DNA of 56,756 nucleotides from a virus (taxonomy: Duplodnaviria; Caudoviricetes). The notes beneath the pieces were generated by a model. The model did no database searches. It was not told where the DNA came from and saw only the letters and a program-made list of their open reading frames with translations. The stretch spans positions 1 to 56,756 of IMG/VR virus record IMGVR_UViG_3300044730_000684; one strand, written 5' to 3'. Below, piece by piece: positions 51,944-56,756 of the stretch (the stretch's first letter is position 1; every line of letters starts with the position of its first letter). The position numbers and the translations under genes are program-made.

Positions 51944-52903
51944 ATGGGCGTTAAATACGTTAAAGACTTTGCCTATCCTAAGCACATGGGCTTTCATGCT
52001 GCTTCGGAGCCGATGAGTAAGTACGGCAAGGGCGGCTCTGTAAAGGCGGTACCTTCTAAGGCGAAGGATTCTTACAAGGATATGCCTGCTCGTGCCAAGC
52101 CGAACGCTCCGGCTAAGGGTGCTCGGAAAATGGAGTCCAAGCCCAAGATGGGTAAGGGGCAGGGATACGCTGAAGGTGGGCGCGTTCCGGGTTACGACAT
52201 GGATCGACTGCCTGCGAAGAAGCCGCCGGGGCGCACGATGGATTTGGCTCCCTCGAAGCCGGAAAGGGGCGAGTATCAGGGCTACGCCAAGGGCGGCATG
52301 ACTAAGGGCAAGTCCAAAATTGCCAAGGTCATGGGCGAGTACAAGCGCGGTGAATTGCACTCGGGTTCTAAGAAAGGCCCGAAGGTGAAAAGCCGTGAGC
52401 AGGCGGTTGCGATTGCGCTGTCTGAGGCTCGTAAGGCCGGTGCCAAGATCCCGAAAAAGTATGAAGGCGGTGAGATTTACAGCACCGAGTACTTGGCTTA
52501 CGGCGACAAAAAGGGTCCGTATCGCGGTAGTCCGAAGAAGGCCAAGATGCTTGGTCGTCAGGACCGCCGTGCTCGCGAGGCCATGGAGCGTGCGGAAAAG
52601 TATGCACCGGGCATGAGCCTCGACATGTCGGGTAAGGTCGTTAAGAAAGCCAAAGGTGGTGGGTTTCCCGATTTAACGGGCGACGGTAAAGTCACTCGCG
52701 CTGATGTGCTGAAGGGTCGCGGCGTTTTCAAAAAAGGCGGAATGGCCAAGCACAAAGATGTGAAGATGGACAAGGCTATGATGAAGAAGGCCGTTCATAA
52801 GCACGAGAAGGCGATGCACCCCGGCAAAAAGCTGACGAAGCTAAGCGATGGTGGTGTTCCGTCTTACGGTCGCAAACCAATGTACGGCGGCGGTAAGTGC
52901 TAA
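51944..52903 (+). CDS. Basic modular protein (DUF6496-like module plus others) separated by xxxGG motifs
   Basis: KVMGEYKRGELHSGS..GPKVKSR.QA.AIALSEAR; FPDLTGDGKVTRADVL; GAGG RBS before ATG 51944. Confidence 0.78.
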   Translation: MGVKYVKDFAYPKHMGFHAASEPMSKYGKGGSVKAVPSKAKDSYKDMPARAKPNAPAKGARKMESKPKMGKGQGYAEGGRVPGYDMDRLPAKKPPGRTMDLAPSKPERGEYQGYAKGGMTKGKSKIAKVMGEYKRGELHSGSKKGPKVKSREQAVAIALSEARKAGAKIPKKYEGGEIYSTEYLAYGDKKGPYRGSPKKAKMLGRQDRRAREAMERAEKYAPGMSLDMSGKVVKKAKGGGFPDLTGDGKVTRADVLKGRGVFKKGGMAKHKDVKMDKAMMKKAVHKHEKAMHPGKKLTKLSDGGVPSYGRKPMYGGGKC

Positions 52904-52968
52904 AATAACTTTCGTGTAGTCATGGGGGTCTGCTCGGTGCAGCGGGCCACGGCGCAAGAGGGACCCTA

Positions 52969-53964
52969 ATGGCGACTTCCGGTACGGTTTCGACAACTCA
53001 GTTTACGACTAGGCAGGTCATCGACCATGCCTACAGGCGTTGTCGTTTGGGTGCGCAACAGATCACCTCTGAGATGATCGACATTGCGAACGACCAGCTT
53101 TACCTGATTCTTTCCAATCTTGCTAACCGTGGCGTTCAGCTCTGGTGTATTGAGCGTTTGATCCTGCCGCTTTACGAGGGGCAGGGTGCGGTCACGTTAC
53201 CGATCGGAACGGTGGATGTGCTCAATACCAACCTGCGAACGCTGCTGGAATCGACCGGAACTACGGCTACGACATCCACGACCTTTCAGGTTTATAACGT
53301 CGATGGTTTGACGGTAACGACGGTTGGCATCAAGTGGTCCGCAACTTCGCAGCCGTATGTGGTTGAGATGTCCAATGACGGCATCACTTGGACTGCCGTT
53401 GATACGATGGAGTACACCAACGATCCGGATGAGGTCGCTGGCGAGTGGAGCTGGGTCGATACTGAAGTCCCAGAGTCTGCGGATTATTTTCGCGTTCGTG
53501 TAACGAGCGGAACCCTTTCGGCCTCGGAAGTTTACTTTGGGAACACGCCCAACGAGATCCCTATTGCGCGATTGAATCGCGATGACTATACGGCGCTGCC
53601 CAACAAATCTTTCCTTGGCCGTCCTTTGCAGTTTTGGTTTGACCGCCAGATCAACCAGCCGATTATGCGTCTTTGGCCAGTTCCAAACGCAACAGCGGAA
53701 ACGCAGCAGATCATCGCGTGGCGGCATCGTTACATTCAGGATGTTGGCACGATGACGCAAGAGCTGGACATTCCGCAGCGTTGGTTTGATGCGATTGTGG
53801 CTATGTTGGCGTCAAAGCTTGCAGAAGAGACTCCAGAAGTCGATGCAAATCTGATGCCGATCTTGGAGGCAAAAGCGGAGAAGGCGCTTGCTCAGGCTGA
53901 GAACGAAGAGCGCGATAATTCGCCAATATACTGGACTCCGAATCTCAGTATGTATACGAGGTAA
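52969..53964 (+). CDS. Head-tail connector/adaptor-like protein with inserted discoidin-like domain
   Basis: MATSGT, ANRG.QLW, RDDY..LPNK..GRP.Q.W.DRQ, LWPVP, IQD; insert YVVE.SNDG.TW...YFRVR. Confidence 0.7.
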   Translation: MATSGTVSTTQFTTRQVIDHAYRRCRLGAQQITSEMIDIANDQLYLILSNLANRGVQLWCIERLILPLYEGQGAVTLPIGTVDVLNTNLRTLLESTGTTATTSTTFQVYNVDGLTVTTVGIKWSATSQPYVVEMSNDGITWTAVDTMEYTNDPDEVAGEWSWVDTEVPESADYFRVRVTSGTLSASEVYFGNTPNEIPIARLNRDDYTALPNKSFLGRPLQFWFDRQINQPIMRLWPVPNATAETQQIIAWRHRYIQDVGTMTQELDIPQRWFDAIVAMLASKLAEETPEVDANLMPILEAKAEKALAQAENEERDNSPIYWTPNLSMYTR

Positions 53965-53966
53965 TC

Positions 53967-54281
53967 ATGGGACTTTTCCTAGATACTCGTGGACAGCCTT
54001 ATGCAGCGATTGGAATTTGCGATCGTTGTTCGCGCAAGTTTCCTTTAGCAGAGCTGATGCCTGACCGTAACTCTCCAGGTCTTCGGGTGTGCAAAGTAGA
54101 TTGGGACGAACTTGATCCGTATCGTTTACCTGCTCGTCAGACTGAAAGAATTTCGCTTCCTTTTGTGAGGCCCGACGTTCCGCTGTCTTCGCAGCCGTAT
54201 GGCGTAATTAGTGAGGACGGCAATACGTTCCTTGTGAACGAAGCAGATGATGATTACCTTGAGCCGGAGCAGCCGCTGTAA
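53967..54281 (+). CDS. Small Cys-containing virion-region protein
   Basis: ICDRC..KFP...L.VC...D..DP. Confidence 0.75.
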   Translation: MGLFLDTRGQPYAAIGICDRCSRKFPLAELMPDRNSPGLRVCKVDWDELDPYRLPARQTERISLPFVRPDVPLSSQPYGVISEDGNTFLVNEADDDYLEPEQPL

Positions 54282-56756
54282 TGGCTAACGTACCTAGCAA
54301 TCTTATTCCTGCGCGAATCAGCCAGCTACCAGAGGCTCCGGTTGCGGACCCGGCTGGCTATTTTCCAATTGTTATTTCTGGTACGACCTATAAGGTTCAG
54401 TTTAGTCAGATCAATCAGAATCTGACGGTCCCACCGAGCAGAGCAATCAATGCGGGCACGGGGCTGACGGGGGGCGGAACGCTATCGCACGATATTACGA
54501 TTGCGGTTGCAAACGGAGGTATTAGCGATTCGCAGCTTGATACGACTGGTGTAAGCGCAGGAACGTATGGTGATGGGGCAAATGTCCCTGTTGTCACGGT
54601 AAACACTAAAGGTCGTGTGACTTCATTGAGCACGACGCCGCTGGTTGTTAGCGGCTACGTTCCAGATTCGCGCCAAGTGATTGCGGGATCAGGATTGACT
54701 GGAGGGGGTACTCTCGCAGCTGATCGCACGCTGGCCATCAATTTCTCAAGCGCGACCCCTCAGCCCCTTGGCTCACCTACGGCGGGTATTGGGACCAATG
54801 CAGCACGGGACGATCACGTTCACCCGGCAGTAGATCTTTCTGACGGCACTGAAACATCTGGCGTTTTGCCGATGGGCCGAGGTGGTACTGGCGCAAACAT
54901 GTCGCCGGTTGCTGGCGCGATTGTTTTTAGTAATGGATCAAATTTTGATCTGACGACAGTTGGCTCAACGGGGCAAGTGCTGTTGGCGGCGGGCGCGTCG
55001 GCTCCGGTTTGGGGCGATGCCGCATCGTTTACGGTAGATGCCGCAGATCGTTTGTTGGGTGGCGCGGCCAATCGGGTCGTGTATCAGGCTGGCACTAGCG
55101 ACACTAGTTTTGTCGTTGCCCCGGCTTTAGCCGACACGTTTTTGAAGTGGAACGGTTCTTCATTTGAGTGGGGCGCGGTAGCTGGTGCGGGTACGGTCAC
55201 AAGCGTTCAAGGATCGGGCGGTACGACTGGACTGACTGTAAGCGGTGGTCCAATTACCACAGTCGGTACGTTGACGCTGGGTGGTACGCTTTCTATCAGC
55301 GCAGGCGGTACGGGACTTTCGGGCACGCCGACAAATGGTCAGTTGCTTATCGGCAATGGCAGCGGATATTCACTTGCAAGCCTGACGGCTGGAACGGCAA
55401 TTAGCGTTACGAATGCCACTGGCTCCATCAGCATTGCCAATACTGCACCGGATCAGACGATTACGCTGACCGATGGCACGGCGATTGATGTTACTGGCAC
55501 CTATCCAAGTTTCACAATTACTAATACCGCTCCTGACCAGACGGTTGTTATTTCTGCAAGCACGGCAATATCGGTTAGCGGTACTTATCCAAGCTTTACG
55601 ATTACTAATACCGCTCCGGATCAGACGGTCACGATTACTGCTGGCACAAACATTAGCACCAGCGGGACTTACCCGAGCTTTACGGTTTCGTCGCCCGATA
55701 CGGTTGTTGGTCCTGCGGGAGCAACGAGCGGTGCAATTTCACTGTTTGATGGTGGTACTGGCAAGTTACTCAAAAACTCTGTCATCACGATCAATGCTTC
55801 TGGCGTCATTAGTAACGTCAACACGCCAAATACTGGCACCGATGCTGCGAACAAGCAGTATGTGGATGACTTGGTTAGCACCGGAATTCACATCCACACG
55901 CCAGTTGTTCTTGCAACTTCGCCGGGGTCTTCGCGTACCGATACCTATAACAATGGCACCGCAGGAGTTAGCGCCACGCTGACATCCGTTGCTGCGGGCA
56001 CACTGGTCATTGACGGTACGGTGGCTTCTGCAACGATTCGAGTCTTGATTCAGGACTGCTCTAATCCAATTGGTAACGGTGTTTACGTTGTAACCAATCC
56101 TGGTAGCGCGGTTGCTCAGTACATTATGACGCGCTCGTCGGACGCAGATACGTCAGGACAACAGTCTACACAGTCACTTGATGATGGAAGTTATTTCTTT
56201 ACGACGGGTGGCACGAGCAATAAAGGTGCCGCTTGGGTTAACACCAATAGCGGAACCATCAGTTTTGGTTCTACAGCGATCACATTTGCTCAGTTCAGCA
56301 GCTCGCAGGTCTACTCGGCTGGTAACGGGTTAAGCCTAACGGCAACCACCTTTTCTTTAGAAACTCCGGTTACCGTGCTGAATGGCGGTACGGGCCAGTC
56401 ATCGGCTCCAACCAATGGCCAGTTGCTGATTGGTAATGGGGCTGGATATAACCTCAACACGCTGACTGCCGGTTCTAACCTCTCGGTCACGAACGCTACC
56501 GGGTCAATCACGCTCGCGGTTTTAAGCGATGTCTCGTTCAACAGCGCCTCGATTACCACCCTGTCAAGCGGGTCGCTGACGGCGACTAATCTGACGGCAA
56601 CCAGCGGTACGGTCACCACGTTGGCTTCGACCTCGGCGGCGATTACCAATTTGTCGGTTACGAGCCTGACGGTATCGAGCCTGTCGCTCGCCAATGCGAC
56701 CTTTACGTCCGCTACAATTACGACGCTGACTTCTACCTCGGCTGCGATTACGACCC
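54281..56756 (+). CDS. Long Ser/Thr/Gly-rich tail fibre (continues at window start, 885 aa in total)
   Basis: ATG overlaps the upstream TAA; MANVPSNLIPARISQLP..AGTGLTGGG..TGVSAGTYG..V.TKGRVT; absent from the ORF track, consistent with no stop before the window end. Confidence 0.88.
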   Translation, partial: MANVPSNLIPARISQLPEAPVADPAGYFPIVISGTTYKVQFSQINQNLTVPPSRAINAGTGLTGGGTLSHDITIAVANGGISDSQLDTTGVSAGTYGDGANVPVVTVNTKGRVTSLSTTPLVVSGYVPDSRQVIAGSGLTGGGTLAADRTLAINFSSATPQPLGSPTAGIGTNAARDDHVHPAVDLSDGTETSGVLPMGRGGTGANMSPVAGAIVFSNGSNFDLTTVGSTGQVLLAAGASAPVWGDAASFTVDAADRLLGGAANRVVYQAGTSDTSFVVAPALADTFLKWNGSSFEWGAVAGAGTVTSVQGSGGTTGLTVSGGPITTVGTLTLGGTLSISAGGTGLSGTPTNGQLLIGNGSGYSLASLTAGTAISVTNATGSISIANTAPDQTITLTDGTAIDVTGTYPSFTITNTAPDQTVVISASTAISVSGTYPSFTITNTAPDQTVTITAGTNISTSGTYPSFTVSSPDTVVGPAGATSGAISLFDGGTGKLLKNSVITINASGVISNVNTPNTGTDAANKQYVDDLVSTGIHIHTPVVLATSPGSSRTDTYNNGTAGVSATLTSVAAGTLVIDGTVASATIRVLIQDCSNPIGNGVYVVTNPGSAVAQYIMTRSSDADTSGQQSTQSLDDGSYFFTTGGTSNKGAAWVNTNSGTISFGSTAITFAQFSSSQVYSAGNGLSLTATTFSLETPVTVLNGGTGQSSAPTNGQLLIGNGAGYNLNTLTAGSNLSVTNATGSITLAVLSDVSFNSASITTLSSGSLTATNLTATSGTVTTLASTSAAITNLSVTSLTVSSLSLANATFTSATITTLTSTSAAITT
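55439..55690 (+). repeat. Three 84-bp coding repeats (NTAPDQT...GTYPSFT)
   Basis: 28-aa units starting at 55439, 55523 and 55607. Confidence 0.9.
56652..56756. repeat. 105-bp terminal direct repeat, right copy
   Basis: Identical to 1-105. Confidence 0.97.

Overview
The window is an essentially complete tailed-phage genome, assembled as a circle of about 56,651 bp. Bases 1-105 are identical to 56652-56756, and an 885-codon fibre gene that is missing from the ORF track runs across that junction. The layout is podovirus-like. The + strand late region (40162 to the end, wrapping to ~18740) encodes TerL, a large portal, GroES, scaffold, major capsid protein, small basic proteins, adaptor and nozzle, two Ser/Thr-rich fibres, a holin/M15 endolysin cassette, four probable ejection proteins and a metallophosphoesterase. 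The replication/recombination module (18672-26462) has an SF2 helicase, Cas4-like nuclease, DUF669-like SSB, Sak4-like ATPase, HTH regulator, RusA and a primase-polymerase. The - strand middle/early region holds three glycosyltransferases, two methyltransferases, many small translationally coupled ORFs and ArdC. No integrase, DNA polymerase, reverse transcriptase, tRNA or CRISPR array was seen. The host is probably a Gram-negative proteobacterium (inference). The most unusual observations are: three TonB-box-like motifs in the largest ejection protein; an xxxGG motif that punctuates a polyprotein-like ORF and recurs in five other late proteins; a glycosylation/O-methylation cluster with no base-hydroxylating enzyme; hairpins whose loops are antisense to early-gene ribosome-binding sites; a shared operator in the early promoters; and a doubly pseudoknotted RNA after the capsid gene. 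All family names come from recognising motifs by eye, not from database searches.
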